Of a stretch of DNA of 64,000 nucleotides, positions 29,080 through 38,937 are shown in pieces. The notes beneath the pieces are model-generated. The model made no database searches. It saw nothing but the letters and a program-made list of their open reading frames with translations, and was not told the DNA's origin. Positions within the stretch are counted from its first letter, which is position 1; each line of letters starts with the position of its first letter. The stretch is from Candidatus Latescibacterota bacterium (GTDB lineage: Bacteria > Latescibacterota > UBA2968 > UBA8231). The translations under genes were made by a program, and so were the position numbers. The stretch spans positions 1,184,001-1,248,000 of the forward strand of contig OZ242318.1 in NCBI GenBank assembly GCA_965208105.1, written 5' to 3'.

Positions 29080-29269
29080 AGCTTTCACCAACCTGCAATC
29101 CTGTTCCTCAGTTCGGTATGGTTACTATAAGAAACCGGAACCCCCGGCACCAGTAGCTACACCCCCATCCGGCACCCCTCGGGCAGGGCGTCATTGGGGC
29201 ACTCGGCGCGGTCCGGAGAGCACCTTCAGGCCGCCGTTTCGCATCGCGTCGAGGCGATTGCGGTCCAAC

Positions 29270-29298
29270 TTGATCGCCTGCTCTCTCCTGCCTATAAT
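29270..29298 (+). promoter_or_regulatory. Putative sigma70 promoter for DUF6785 paralogue 2
   Basis: TTGATC-17 nt-TATAAT. Confidence 0.6.
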
Positions 29299-29432
29299 TT
29301 GGAGCCGAATCAGGACCCCCGGCGGCCGCCGCCCGGCCGCGCCCGTTTCGCTCCCCCGGACCGCAGCGGAAGTCTCGATCAGGCTTCCCGGCAACCGCCT
29401 CCACCATCCGTCCCCTCCCAGGCCAATTCAGC

Positions 29433-31427
29433 ATGGCGGCCAGCAGATTTCCCGCCGACCAACACGGATCGCAATCCGGCGCTTCGGGACCACCTCCGGA
29501 GATCACCCGCCGCGCCGTGATTCTGGGCCTGGCGACGACGGTGGGCATGATTCTCTACGTCATCTACATCGCCCAGCGCACCGGCGTCGGCTCCTTCGTG
29601 CACTCCCAGCTGCCCCTGCTGGCGCTGATGCCCTTCGTTCTCTGGCTCTTCGCCAACGTGGGCCTGGCGCGCATCTGGCCAGCCAAGGCTTTGAAGACAG
29701 GCGAGCTTCTGACCATCCTCGCCATGCTCTGGATCGTCGGCACCCTGCCCGGCTGGCTGGGGCGGTGGGCATCCATCGTCGCCTCACCCACCCACTTCGC
29801 CTCCAACGAAAATCAGTACGCGGAACATTTCTTCGACTACCTTCCCTGGCACGTCCTGACCCCCACCACCGCGCGGGTGCTGGACAGTTTCTGGCTGGGG
29901 CTGCCAGAGGGCGCCCCCATCCCCTGGGACGGATGGATCGGGGTGACGCTGCAGTGGCTGGGCGTGTCCCTGGCCATGGTGGTGTTCGGCCTCTGCATCT
30001 TCGTGCTCTTCCAGGCCCAATGGGAGGAACGGGAGAAATTGACCTTCCCCCTGGCCCAGCTGCCGCTCGACCTCGTGCGCGGAATGGACGGACCGCGCCG
30101 GCTCCCCGGGCTGTTTCGCCGCCGCCTGTTCTGGATCGGATTCGGGGTGGTGCTGCTGCCCATGCTCTTCAACATCGGCACCCATTTTTCACCCGGCCTT
30201 CTACCCCTAGCCTTCAACACCCAGATCTTCCGCCTGGAACTGAGCGAGTACCTCTACCGGGTCAACATCCGCTACATGCCCATGGTCATGGCGGTGACCT
30301 ACCTCTGCCCCGTCGACATCCTGGGCAGCCTGGTCCTTTTCCGCCTCATGAGCCTGGTCAAGGCCGGAATGCTGGTGCGCACAGGGCTCTCCTTCGGCGC
30401 CGAGGGCCAGCAGATCCAGGGGGAGCGGCTGCTTTTCATGGAAAATTACGGCGCATTGATGTTCATCGCCCTGTGGGCCATCTGGATCGCCCGGGGCCAC
30501 CTGCGCCGCACCTGGCGCCTGGCCAGGGACGGCAGCGGTCCCCCCTCAACCGTGGCGCGCTACCGCCTGGCGTGGATTGGACTGCTGCTCTCGGCCGCCT
30601 ACGTGGTGGGATGGGCGGTGAGCCTGGGAATGAGCCTGGGACTAGCCCTGGGTTCGTTCCTGCTCATGTCCCTGACCTTTTTCGTCACCGCCAAGCTGAT
30701 CGCGGCCACCGGCTTCGCCTACCTTGTGCCCTACCGGCCCTTTCTGAAAGGCGTGCCCTTCGTCGTCGACCTGGTGGGAACGGCGAGGCTTTCGGCCCGC
30801 GGCCTCACCGGGTTCCACCTGTTCACCAGCTATGCGTTCTTCGGTGGAGCCCTCATCCCCGCCTGGCCCGCGCTGACCCATCACCTGCGCCTGTTCTCCA
30901 TGAAAGTGCAGCCCCTGAGAGTGTGCGCCGCCGCCCTCCTCGCCTTCGCCGTGGCCTTTGCGGCGGCGGTGGTGGCCAACATCGAGATCGGCTACCGGGA
31001 CGGGGCCGCGGGCTTCACCTCCGAGTGGTGGATGACCGCGCGCTTCTTCGACCCGCTGGTCTATCTGCTGAACAACCGCACGGTGCTGGACTGGGAGAAG
31101 ATCGGAGTGTTCCTGTTCGGCGGAACGCAGGCGGCGGCCATGACCTATCTGCGCAGCCGCTACCACTGGTTCTCCCTGCATCCGGTCGGGCTGGCCTTCC
31201 AGGAGTCATTCTGGCTGGACCTGTACTGGTTCAACCTGGCCATCGTCTGGGCGGTCAAGGTGGCCCTGTTGCGCTACGGCGGAGCCCGTGCCTACATGGC
31301 AGGCAAACCCTTCTTCTACGGCATGGGCATCGGCTACGTGATCGGTGTCACCCTCTCCGCCGTGGTGGACCTGATCTGGTTCCCCGCCGACGGCCACATC
31401 GCCGCGGGTCCCCACGGCATCGGATAG
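29433..31427 (+). CDS. DUF6785/DUF6784-like membrane protein, paralogue 2
   Basis: QWEEREKLTFPLAQLP, RLFWIG, HWFSLHPVG, GKPFFYG. Confidence 0.8.
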   Translation: MAASRFPADQHGSQSGASGPPPEITRRAVILGLATTVGMILYVIYIAQRTGVGSFVHSQLPLLALMPFVLWLFANVGLARIWPAKALKTGELLTILAMLWIVGTLPGWLGRWASIVASPTHFASNENQYAEHFFDYLPWHVLTPTTARVLDSFWLGLPEGAPIPWDGWIGVTLQWLGVSLAMVVFGLCIFVLFQAQWEEREKLTFPLAQLPLDLVRGMDGPRRLPGLFRRRLFWIGFGVVLLPMLFNIGTHFSPGLLPLAFNTQIFRLELSEYLYRVNIRYMPMVMAVTYLCPVDILGSLVLFRLMSLVKAGMLVRTGLSFGAEGQQIQGERLLFMENYGALMFIALWAIWIARGHLRRTWRLARDGSGPPSTVARYRLAWIGLLLSAAYVVGWAVSLGMSLGLALGSFLLMSLTFFVTAKLIAATGFAYLVPYRPFLKGVPFVVDLVGTARLSARGLTGFHLFTSYAFFGGALIPAWPALTHHLRLFSMKVQPLRVCAAALLAFAVAFAAAVVANIEIGYRDGAAGFTSEWWMTARFFDPLVYLLNNRTVLDWEKIGVFLFGGTQAAAMTYLRSRYHWFSLHPVGLAFQESFWLDLYWFNLAIVWAVKVALLRYGGARAYMAGKPFFYGMGIGYVIGVTLSAVVDLIWFPADGHIAAGPHGIG

Positions 31428-31598
31428 TCTGCCACCGAGTCCCTTGCAGTAACCTGGAAGGATCGCCCAGGAATCGAGGCAGAGGAAAGAAGCCGCAATG
31501 GCCGTGTTGAGCGAACGGGACCGGGAGTTAAGGCGGTGCCTCGTTCCGGCAGCCGCGATAATCCGCTCCCAGGTGCCGGCAATCCCCCCTCCCGGGAC

Positions 31599-31671
31599 AA
31601 AAAAATCTGGCCGGCCTGCCAGCGGCGGCGCCTCCCGGAAGAGGACGCCCGGCATGACAGACCGGCCAGAT
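31599..31671 (-). terminator. Long hairpin + U-tract, probable intrinsic terminator of the FlgD-domain gene
   Basis: ATCTGGCCGG...CCGGCCAGAT stem with an inner GGCG-CCTC/GAGG-CGCC stem, followed by a T-run on the minus strand. Confidence 0.65.
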
Positions 31672-31723
31672 CCACATGGTGCTCGGAAGCGTCAACGACA
31701 GCTTCCGGGCGGATCCTTCCAGC

Positions 31724-33631
31724 TTACTTCAGCAAGGTCATGGACCGCGTCGCAGTGAAGCCGCCGGCTTCCATGCGATAGAAGTAGACCCCGCTTGAGA
31801 CCTTCCCGGCCCCCTTGTCGAGCCCGTTCCATACCGACTTGTAGGAACCGGCGCCCAGCTCCTCGTCCACCAGGGTGGCTACCAGCTGGCCGGCGGTGTT
31901 GAACACCTCGATGCGCACCTGACTGGCGAAGGGCACGCTGAACTCGATGGTGGTCTCGGGGTTGAACGGGTTTGGATAGGCGTCGCCCAGGACGTAGCTG
32001 TCGGGCGTGCTCGCCGGACCGAGCTCCTCGACCGCGGTCATGCTGCTCAACCTGCCGGTGAAGATCCCGTGGGGGATATAAATCAGCATCCCGCTGCCCT
32101 CACTGGTCCGTTCGGTCGGGGTGGCGATGTCGACACCGGTGGCGGGATACATGCCGTCGTACTTGCCGCTGCCGTCCCCGATCAGGCGGATGTGCTTGAG
32201 GGTGCTGCCGTAGTAGTAGGGACCCAGCTCCGGCTCGAAGGTGTGGAAGAACAGACCGGTGCCGTCGCGGCCGAAGGCCCCGAAGTTGTAGCCGATCTGG
32301 TTGTGCTGATCGATGGCTATGGACATCTTGCCCGTGGGATGGGCGTCCATGGACACGGTCACCGCGTTGCTGCCAGCGGCGTGCGAGGCGACCCCCAGCT
32401 CCTCGGCGGCCTCGGCGGAGAGCCAGTCCTTGATGCCGTCGCCGGTGGTGTTGCACCACTTGACGTTGCCGTCGTGGTCGGTGTGCACGAAGTGGTCGGT
32501 GGCGTGGTCGGTCATCCAGATCCCGTTGTCGTTCACCGCGAAGATCGAGATGCCCACTTGAGCGATGCTCTGATTGCCTTCGTCGTCCGTGTCGACGCGA
32601 TGGAACCAGTCGAGCATGTCGTTGAACCTGGTCATTTCTCCCGAGGTCTTGTCATAGACTTCGATGCCGATCAAGAGAGGGTCGCCGTTCCTGGTGCCGC
32701 TGTAGACGCTGTTCTGGTGCGGAATAACCCACCAGGTGCTGCCGCGGTCGGCGCCCTGGCCCTCGTCGCCGTAGGAGGTGTCGAGATCCAGGGTCTTGGC
32801 GGCGTCGTTGCGCTTCAGCTTGAGGATGCCGGTGGTGGTGCCCAGGTTTTCGTTGGCGCTGCTGCGGCTGCTCCATTGCACGCTCGGATCCATGTCGTCC
32901 GGGCGGTTGCCGCTTGCGTTGTTCTCCTCCTGGGGATCGAAAGCGGTGATGGTCCACTGCTCGTAGGCGGTGGGATTGGCGACGTAGTCGCGGTCCACGG
33001 TGCCGAAGTAGCAGACGTTGGGCGGCGTTTCCTGGTAGGGCGACCAGGTCTCCGGAGGATCGACGTTGGTGTCCACCGAGTGCTGGCCCCAGGCGCCGGA
33101 GTGGCCGGTGCCCACCAGGTTGGCCTCGAAGTCGTTGAAGGCGATGACGTCGTACTCGTAGTCTCCCGCCCCGGCCGCGCTGCCGTCCCAGGCGGTTCCG
33201 TCCCAGGTCCAGCTGTTGCTGCCGGCCTCGAGGTTCATCACCGGAGAGTGATTGACGTATTGCGGCTGCGGCGCCACCCTGATCCATGCGCCGTGGGGGC
33301 CGGTTTTGCCGGTATGGGTGGAGTTCATGTCGTAGATCACCACGGTGACGCGGGCGCGCTGGTTCAGCTCGAAGGGAATGGCCACCGAGCCCGAGCCGCC
33401 GTAGGCCACGTCGGGGGTGGTCACGACCATGCGGTTGAATACGCCGAGGCCGCTGCGGTCGGGGGCCTTCCAGGTGCCGCCCCCGTCGAGGAACAGGCCG
33501 CCGCGGGACTCCGCGTAGGTTCCCGCCGCTCCCCCTGGCAATCCGTACTGCCCGGTCCAGGTCTCGCCCCAGGCCGAGCCCGCCACCAGAAGCAGGCCGG
33601 CGCTGAGCATACTGGTCAAGATCTTCTGCAT
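31724..33631 (-). CDS. Secreted protein with N-terminal FlgD-Ig-like domain and C-terminal FlgD/T9SS type A-like domain, paralogue 1
   Basis: Signal peptide; WTWDG....GAGDYEY; AYPNPFNPETTIEF...SSGVYFYRMEAG...MTLLK. Confidence 0.82.
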   Translation of the reverse strand: MQKILTSMLSAGLLLVAGSAWGETWTGQYGLPGGAAGTYAESRGGLFLDGGGTWKAPDRSGLGVFNRMVVTTPDVAYGGSGSVAIPFELNQRARVTVVIYDMNSTHTGKTGPHGAWIRVAPQPQYVNHSPVMNLEAGSNSWTWDGTAWDGSAAGAGDYEYDVIAFNDFEANLVGTGHSGAWGQHSVDTNVDPPETWSPYQETPPNVCYFGTVDRDYVANPTAYEQWTITAFDPQEENNASGNRPDDMDPSVQWSSRSSANENLGTTTGILKLKRNDAAKTLDLDTSYGDEGQGADRGSTWWVIPHQNSVYSGTRNGDPLLIGIEVYDKTSGEMTRFNDMLDWFHRVDTDDEGNQSIAQVGISIFAVNDNGIWMTDHATDHFVHTDHDGNVKWCNTTGDGIKDWLSAEAAEELGVASHAAGSNAVTVSMDAHPTGKMSIAIDQHNQIGYNFGAFGRDGTGLFFHTFEPELGPYYYGSTLKHIRLIGDGSGKYDGMYPATGVDIATPTERTSEGSGMLIYIPHGIFTGRLSSMTAVEELGPASTPDSYVLGDAYPNPFNPETTIEFSVPFASQVRIEVFNTAGQLVATLVDEELGAGSYKSVWNGLDKGAGKVSSGVYFYRMEAGGFTATRSMTLLK

Positions 33632-33686
33632 TTCAATTCTCCTCTATGAAATGGATGAACGGAATTGCATCGACAAAGCGCGTCTC

Positions 33687-33730
33687 GACGTCTTCGCGGG
33701 GAACCTCACCTCCTTTGGCGAAAGAACGTC
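33687..33730 (-). promoter_or_regulatory. 5' UTR hairpin with orphan AAAGGAGGTG in a 20-nt loop
   Basis: GACGTTCTTTCGC-[CAAAGGAGGTGAGGTTCCCC]-GCGAAGACGTC; equivalent element at 53057-53098. Confidence 0.6.
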
Positions 33731-33825
33731 CGATGGGTGTTGGCGGAATTCCTCCATTATAAATAACCTCGTATAAAACAAGGAGTTAATCTCTCAATGA
33801 TGCCTCATTTTGCCGAGGGAAGGTT

Positions 33826-33855
33826 AATATATGAAAATAAGGCGCCGTAAGTCAA
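33826..33855 (-). promoter_or_regulatory. Putative sigma70 promoter for FlgD-domain gene 1
   Basis: TTGACT-18 nt-TATATT in an AT-rich intergenic region. Confidence 0.55.
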
Positions 33856-33896
33856 TCTTTAACCGGAAGCCGGAGCCAGGCCTATCCCGGCCGCCT

Positions 33897-35609
33897 TCAA
33901 TCCTCTGCCGCGGCGGCCCCGCTGCCCTGCCGCAGAGTGACCGTGCGGCCGCCCTCGAACGCACCGAAGCTCTCGCTGGGACCACCGGGCCAGCGCACCA
34001 CCACCTCGGAGGCCCCCCCTGCGGCGCCCAGCCCCACGTGAATGCGCGGATCGTTGGCGGCGAGGTAGCTGTAGGCCGTCCTGACTTCGCGGGTCTTTTG
34101 GGCATCCCCCACGGCAAAGGTGACGACCGCCCCCAGGGCGTCGCCGCCGCGCTCGTTGAGCACCCGGAAGGCAATCCACCCGCCCCTGGCGGGGGCCCGG
34201 TTGAGCAGTAGGTGGGCGGGCGCGTCGCGGTTGACCACCAGCACGTCGATGCCGCCGTCGTCGTCCACGTCGCCGAAGGCCGCCGCCCGGCTCGTCGCCA
34301 CCAGGAGCTCGGAGGTCCCACCCCGGGGGAAGACCTCCTCGAATCGTCCGTCCGGCATGCCCTTCAACAGCAGGTTGGGCTCGGCGAAGGGGTCCCCTGC
34401 CCCCACCTTGGAGCTGCCGCGATCGATGCGGCCGTTGGCGGCGTAGAGATCGAGCCGTCCATCGTTGTCGAAATCGAGGATCCCCACACCGAAGCGGGTG
34501 TAGAGATGGCTGCCCCAGGCCAGTCCAGCCGCCGCGGTGGCATCGGTGAAATAGGTCCCCTGGTTGCGGTAGAAGGAATCGGTCTCCGACTCCAGGTTGA
34601 CCACCAGGAGGTCGAGGGTTGCGTTGTCGTCCACGTCGACCGCGCTGACCCCCATTCCGGCCTTGGCTATGCCGCTTTCGTCCAGGGCGCACCCGCGCAG
34701 CAGCGCCTCGTCGGCGAGGGTGCCGTCGCCGCGGTTCATCCACAGCTGGTTCATCATGCTGTCGTTGGCCACGAAGATATCGGTGCGCCCGTCCCCGTCG
34801 AAATCGCCGCACACCACCCCCAGGCCGTTGCCGAATGCCGCATCCAGTCCGGCTGTTGCCGACACGTCGTCGAAGGTCCCGTCCCCGTTGTTGCGATAGA
34901 GGAGGTCGCGGGCCGGGGCGTTGTAGTCCCGGGGGCTGCAGTAATCCGGTCCACCGAGGGAGTTGGCGCACTCCTTCCTGCCTTCCAGGGTCCAGTCGAT
35001 GTAGTTGGCCGCGAACAGGTCCAGGTCCCCATCCCCGTCGTAGTCCAGGAAAGCCGCCCCCGCTCCCCAGCTCCGGTCCCCCACCCGCGCCGGCGCGGTG
35101 ACGTCGGTGAAGCTTCCCTGGCCGTCGTTTTGCAGCAGGGCGTCGGCGCCCAAGTTGGTGACGTACAGGTCGGTGTCGCCGTCGCCGTCGTAGTCACCCG
35201 AGGCCACCCCCATGCCATAGCCCCCGTCTCCGCTTCCGCTGCCGGCGGTCGCGTTCTCGAAGCGGCCGGACCCGTCGTTGCGATAGAGCTGGTTGAAGTG
35301 CCTGGGCGCGCCCTTCAGGCTTCCCCCCTGCACCAGGTAGGCGTCCAGGTCGCCGTCGCCGTCCATGTCGAAGAGGGCCGCGCCCCCCGCCATGATCTCC
35401 GGCATCAGGTAGTGTTCGCCGTGTCCCGACTCGTGGACGAAGTCTATGCCCCGCTCCATGGCGGCTTCCCGGAACCAGGGCTCGGTACCATCCCGGGGGG
35501 GAGCCGTTCCTGCGGAATCGGGACCGGGCTTCTCGCCGCCATTGCAGCCCATTGACAGCAGCCCGGCCGCCACCGCGGGCAACCATGGAACGACGGAGGC
35601 AATGGTCAT
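33897..35609 (-). CDS. CRTAC1-family (FG-GAP repeats + ASPIC/UnbV) probable lipoprotein
   Basis: Repeated DxDGDGDxDLYV / LYRNxGDG; C-terminal SYLAAND...HVGLG...VRWP; LSMGC lipobox-like. Confidence 0.9.
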   Translation of the reverse strand: MTIASVVPWLPAVAAGLLSMGCNGGEKPGPDSAGTAPPRDGTEPWFREAAMERGIDFVHESGHGEHYLMPEIMAGGAALFDMDGDGDLDAYLVQGGSLKGAPRHFNQLYRNDGSGRFENATAGSGSGDGGYGMGVASGDYDGDGDTDLYVTNLGADALLQNDGQGSFTDVTAPARVGDRSWGAGAAFLDYDGDGDLDLFAANYIDWTLEGRKECANSLGGPDYCSPRDYNAPARDLLYRNNGDGTFDDVSATAGLDAAFGNGLGVVCGDFDGDGRTDIFVANDSMMNQLWMNRGDGTLADEALLRGCALDESGIAKAGMGVSAVDVDDNATLDLLVVNLESETDSFYRNQGTYFTDATAAAGLAWGSHLYTRFGVGILDFDNDGRLDLYAANGRIDRGSSKVGAGDPFAEPNLLLKGMPDGRFEEVFPRGGTSELLVATSRAAAFGDVDDDGGIDVLVVNRDAPAHLLLNRAPARGGWIAFRVLNERGGDALGAVVTFAVGDAQKTREVRTAYSYLAANDPRIHVGLGAAGGASEVVVRWPGGPSESFGAFEGGRTVTLRQGSGAAAAED

Positions 35610-37006
35610 CGCTGCGCACCTTCCGGGGCCCGCGATTGCCGCGCCTCCTTCAGGAGGCCGGCGATTCGCGCCGATCCGGGGTCGAGAACAGCAGCCCGTT
35701 CCAGCGCCGCCACGGCTTCGTCCGAATCGCCAAGCTGCAGCGCCGCCTCTCCGATTCCCATCAGGGCGGGCGCAAGGTTCGAGTCGACCTCGGCCGCCCG
35801 ATGAAAGCTGGCCAGCGCATCCTCCCAGCTCCCGGCCCTGGATTGGCTCCGGCCCAGGCGCAGCAGCAGCGAGGAATTGCGCGGACCGTAGATCAGGCCC
35901 TGCTCGAATGCCTCGATGGCCTCCGGGTACCTTCCCATGGTGGCCAGGACGGCGCCCCTTCCCTCGTAGGCTCCCTGCCGCTCCGGATCCAGTTCCAGAA
36001 CGCGGTCCAGGTGCTCCAGCGCCCTCGCCGGATCTTCCAGCCCCGCGTAGAGAGACGCCACGGCGAGCTGCAGGTCAGCATCATCCGGACGTATCTGCGC
36101 CGCTGCCTTGAAGGCCTCCAGCGCCTTCTCGTGCAGCCGCTGCTTCTGGAAGACCACCCCCAGTTTCTTGAGCACCCCCGCATGGTCCGGGTATTGACGC
36201 CGCAGTTTTTGCAGCAGCACCCCGGCAGCATCCAGCCTTCCCGCATCGACCAGTCCGGCGGCCCTGGTGAACTCGGCCAGCAAGCCGGTGCGGTAGAATT
36301 GAACCTCCTCGTCCCATTCGTCCCTCAGTACGGGACCTCCCCCGTCGCCGCGCCGCAGCTCCGATTTAGCCTCTTCCCAGCGTCCCAGCCGGCGGTACGC
36401 CGTTCCCAGGAGCAGGTGGGTGTAGGCGTAGTCCGTTGGCTTGCCGGCAAGACCAGCCAGGACCCGGACAGCCTGACCGGGCCGATCCTGCTGCAGCAGC
36501 ACCCGCGCCAGCCCCCAGCTCCCGGCCGGGTCCCCGGGGTCCACGGCGATGGCCCGCTCGAAGGAGCGCCTCGCCGCGTCCAGCGCTCCCTGGTCCAGAT
36601 GCCAGAACCCCAGGCGCCAGTGCAGCGGGGCGTAGCCGGACTCCAGGTCGATGGCGCGACCCATGGCCGCCATGGCCGCGGTCCGGCCCCCCAGCCGCAT
36701 CTCGACCCGGGCCAGGCGGTACCACCACCGCGGCCGGTCGGGATCGATGGCCAGGGCCCTGCGGTAGCTGGCGAGAGCGAGGCTGTCCAGGTCGTTGGCC
36801 TCGTAGACGTAGCCCAGTCGCATCCAGCGCCCCGGGGCGCCAGGGTCGGCGGCGACCGCCTCGATATTCTTCTCTACCAGGGCGACGATGGCCGGGTCCC
36901 TGCCCTCCAGGCCGGCCGGCAGATCGAAGTCTCCGCTGCGGGAATGCCGGAGAAAAAAGAAGGCAGCGGCAATGGCCGCCGCCGCCAGCAACAAAATCAG
37001 GCGCAT
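35606..37006 (-). CDS. Tetratricopeptide repeat protein with N-terminal anchor
   Basis: Multiple TPR helices (A...Y.RA...DP); ATGA overlap with the CRTAC1 gene; start re-called. Confidence 0.88.
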   Translation of the reverse strand: MRLILLLAAAAIAAAFFFLRHSRSGDFDLPAGLEGRDPAIVALVEKNIEAVAADPGAPGRWMRLGYVYEANDLDSLALASYRRALAIDPDRPRWWYRLARVEMRLGGRTAAMAAMGRAIDLESGYAPLHWRLGFWHLDQGALDAARRSFERAIAVDPGDPAGSWGLARVLLQQDRPGQAVRVLAGLAGKPTDYAYTHLLLGTAYRRLGRWEEAKSELRRGDGGGPVLRDEWDEEVQFYRTGLLAEFTRAAGLVDAGRLDAAGVLLQKLRRQYPDHAGVLKKLGVVFQKQRLHEKALEAFKAAAQIRPDDADLQLAVASLYAGLEDPARALEHLDRVLELDPERQGAYEGRGAVLATMGRYPEAIEAFEQGLIYGPRNSSLLLRLGRSQSRAGSWEDALASFHRAAEVDSNLAPALMGIGEAALQLGDSDEAVAALERAAVLDPGSARIAGLLKEARQSRAPEGAQR

Positions 37007-37161
37007 GGCACCTGTCCTTCGCTCAGGGAATGGTATTTTCGCTGCCGCACGGGTCCATGGAGGGCTGAAGATAGCGGCTCCCCCATTACTTGACAACCGC
37101 TGCAGCCGCCCTACCTTCTGGCCCGGTATCAAGGGCAACTCACCTTCCGGATCCACCCCCG

Positions 37162-38937
37162 ATGAACCCGACCGGCACATATAGAAGCAGGGGCGCGCGA
37201 CCTTCAGCGCGGCACCTTCGCGGGGTGCTGGTGCTGGGGTTGCTGATCCCTTCCTTCGGCGCACCCGGCGCCGAACCGGCGCCGCGCTTCAACGACCTCA
37301 CCCACCAGGCCGGATTGGCCTTCCGCAACTGGTACGGGGACAGCAACGCCAAGACCATCCTGGAGACCACGGGCTCGGGGGCCGCCTTCTGCGATTTCGA
37401 CGGCGACGGCGACCTCGATCTCTACATCGTCAACGGGGCCGTGGGCTTCGATCACCCGCGCCTGCGCGACCTGCCCCACGACGTCAGGCCCCCCGCAGAC
37501 GGCAGCACCCCGCGCAACGCCCTCTTCCGCAACAATGGCGACGGCACCTTCGAAGACGCCACCGCGGAAGCCGGCGCCGGACACACGGGCTGGGGCGCCG
37601 GCTGCGTCTGCGGCGACTACGACAACGACGGCGACCGCGATCTCTACGTCACCTACTACGGCCCCAACCTCCTCTACCGCAACAACGGGGACGGCACCTT
37701 CGCAGAGGTCGGCGCCGGGGCGGGAGTGGACCACGGAGGTTACGGCCAGTCCGCCGCCTTCGGCGACTACGACGGCGACGGCCACCTCGACCTCTACGTG
37801 ACCAACTACCTGGAATTCGACCCGGGGACCGCCATCCTCCCCGGCGAGCGCCGCGGCGACTTCTTCGGCCACATGCGCGGCATCCCCACCATGGCCGCGC
37901 CTGAAGCCCACGATCCTTCCCCGGACATCCTCTACCGCAACAACGGCGACGGAACCTTCGAGGACGTCAGCGCCGGAGCGGGAATCAACCACCAGCTCGG
38001 CCGCGGCATGGGTGCGGTGTTCTGGGACTACGACGACGACGGCGACCAGGACATCTACGTGGCCAACGACGCCAGCGCCAATCTGCTCTACACCAACAAC
38101 GGCGACGGGACCTTCGAGGAGAACGGGGCCCGCATGGAGGTCGCCTTCGACGCCGACGGCAGCGCCGAGGGCAGCATGGGGCTGGCCTCCGGGGACTTCG
38201 ACAACGACGGACGCCAGGACATGGTGGTGACCAATTTCGAGGTGCAGACAACCACCCTGCACCGCAACGAGGTGAGCTACTTCGCCGATGTTTCCATCGA
38301 ATCCGGGGTCGGACTGTCCACCATTGCTCCCATGCAGTGGGGCGCCATCCTGTTCGACTACGACAACGACGGGGACCAGGACCTCTACCTCGCCAGCGGA
38401 CACCTCACCTCGGCCCTGGAGGACTACTACCCCCAGTCGAGCTTCGCCCAGAAGAACCAGCTCTTTCGCAACACCGGCGGGGGCAGCTTCGAGGAGGTTA
38501 CCAACCGGGCGGGAGACGGGCTCAAGGTCATCAAATCGAGCCGCGGCGTGGCCAGCGGCGACTACGACGGCGACGGGGACGAAGACCTCTTCGTGGTCAA
38601 CAAGAACGATTTCCCCACCCTGCTGCGCAACGACACCGAAAGCTCCAACCACTGGCTCATGCTGCGCACCCGGGGCGCTCGGAGCAACCGCGACGGCGTC
38701 GGCGCCAGGGTGCGGGTGGTCAGCGCCGGCCTGTCCCAGGTCAAGGAGGTCCGCGCCGGCTCCAGCTATCTGTCGCACAACAGCCTGTGGCTGGCCTTCG
38801 GCCTCGGCGCCGAGAGCCATGTGGATACGGTGGAGGTGCGCTGGCCCAGCGGCCTGGTGCAGAGGTTCACCGAGGTGCCGGGGAACCGCTATCTGCTGGT
38901 GGAGGAGGGGGAGGAGCCGGTGGAGGCGGGACCCTGA
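37162..38937 (+). CDS. CRTAC1-family (FG-GAP + ASPIC/UnbV) protein
   Basis: DFDGDGDLDLY repeats, SNRDGVGARV, GSSYLSHN...FGLG...VRWPSG; start uncertain. Confidence 0.9.
   Translation: MNPTGTYRSRGARPSARHLRGVLVLGLLIPSFGAPGAEPAPRFNDLTHQAGLAFRNWYGDSNAKTILETTGSGAAFCDFDGDGDLDLYIVNGAVGFDHPRLRDLPHDVRPPADGSTPRNALFRNNGDGTFEDATAEAGAGHTGWGAGCVCGDYDNDGDRDLYVTYYGPNLLYRNNGDGTFAEVGAGAGVDHGGYGQSAAFGDYDGDGHLDLYVTNYLEFDPGTAILPGERRGDFFGHMRGIPTMAAPEAHDPSPDILYRNNGDGTFEDVSAGAGINHQLGRGMGAVFWDYDDDGDQDIYVANDASANLLYTNNGDGTFEENGARMEVAFDADGSAEGSMGLASGDFDNDGRQDMVVTNFEVQTTTLHRNEVSYFADVSIESGVGLSTIAPMQWGAILFDYDNDGDQDLYLASGHLTSALEDYYPQSSFAQKNQLFRNTGGGSFEEVTNRAGDGLKVIKSSRGVASGDYDGDGDEDLFVVNKNDFPTLLRNDTESSNHWLMLRTRGARSNRDGVGARVRVVSAGLSQVKEVRAGSSYLSHNSLWLAFGLGAESHVDTVEVRWPSGLVQRFTEVPGNRYLLVEEGEEPVEAGP

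Noticed and set aside
29130-29170. GGGGGTGTAGCT on the minus strand resembling a tRNA 5' end
   Set aside because: No D/anticodon/T arms or acceptor-stem partner follow
29200-29235. GGAGAG...TTCAGG reminiscent of a glycine riboswitch
   Set aside because: Core CCGAAG and the required multi-stem spacing are absent
37380-38600. Recurring GACTACGACxxCGACGGCGAC nucleotide repeats
   Set aside because: These encode FG-GAP protein repeats with irregular spacing; not a CRISPR array
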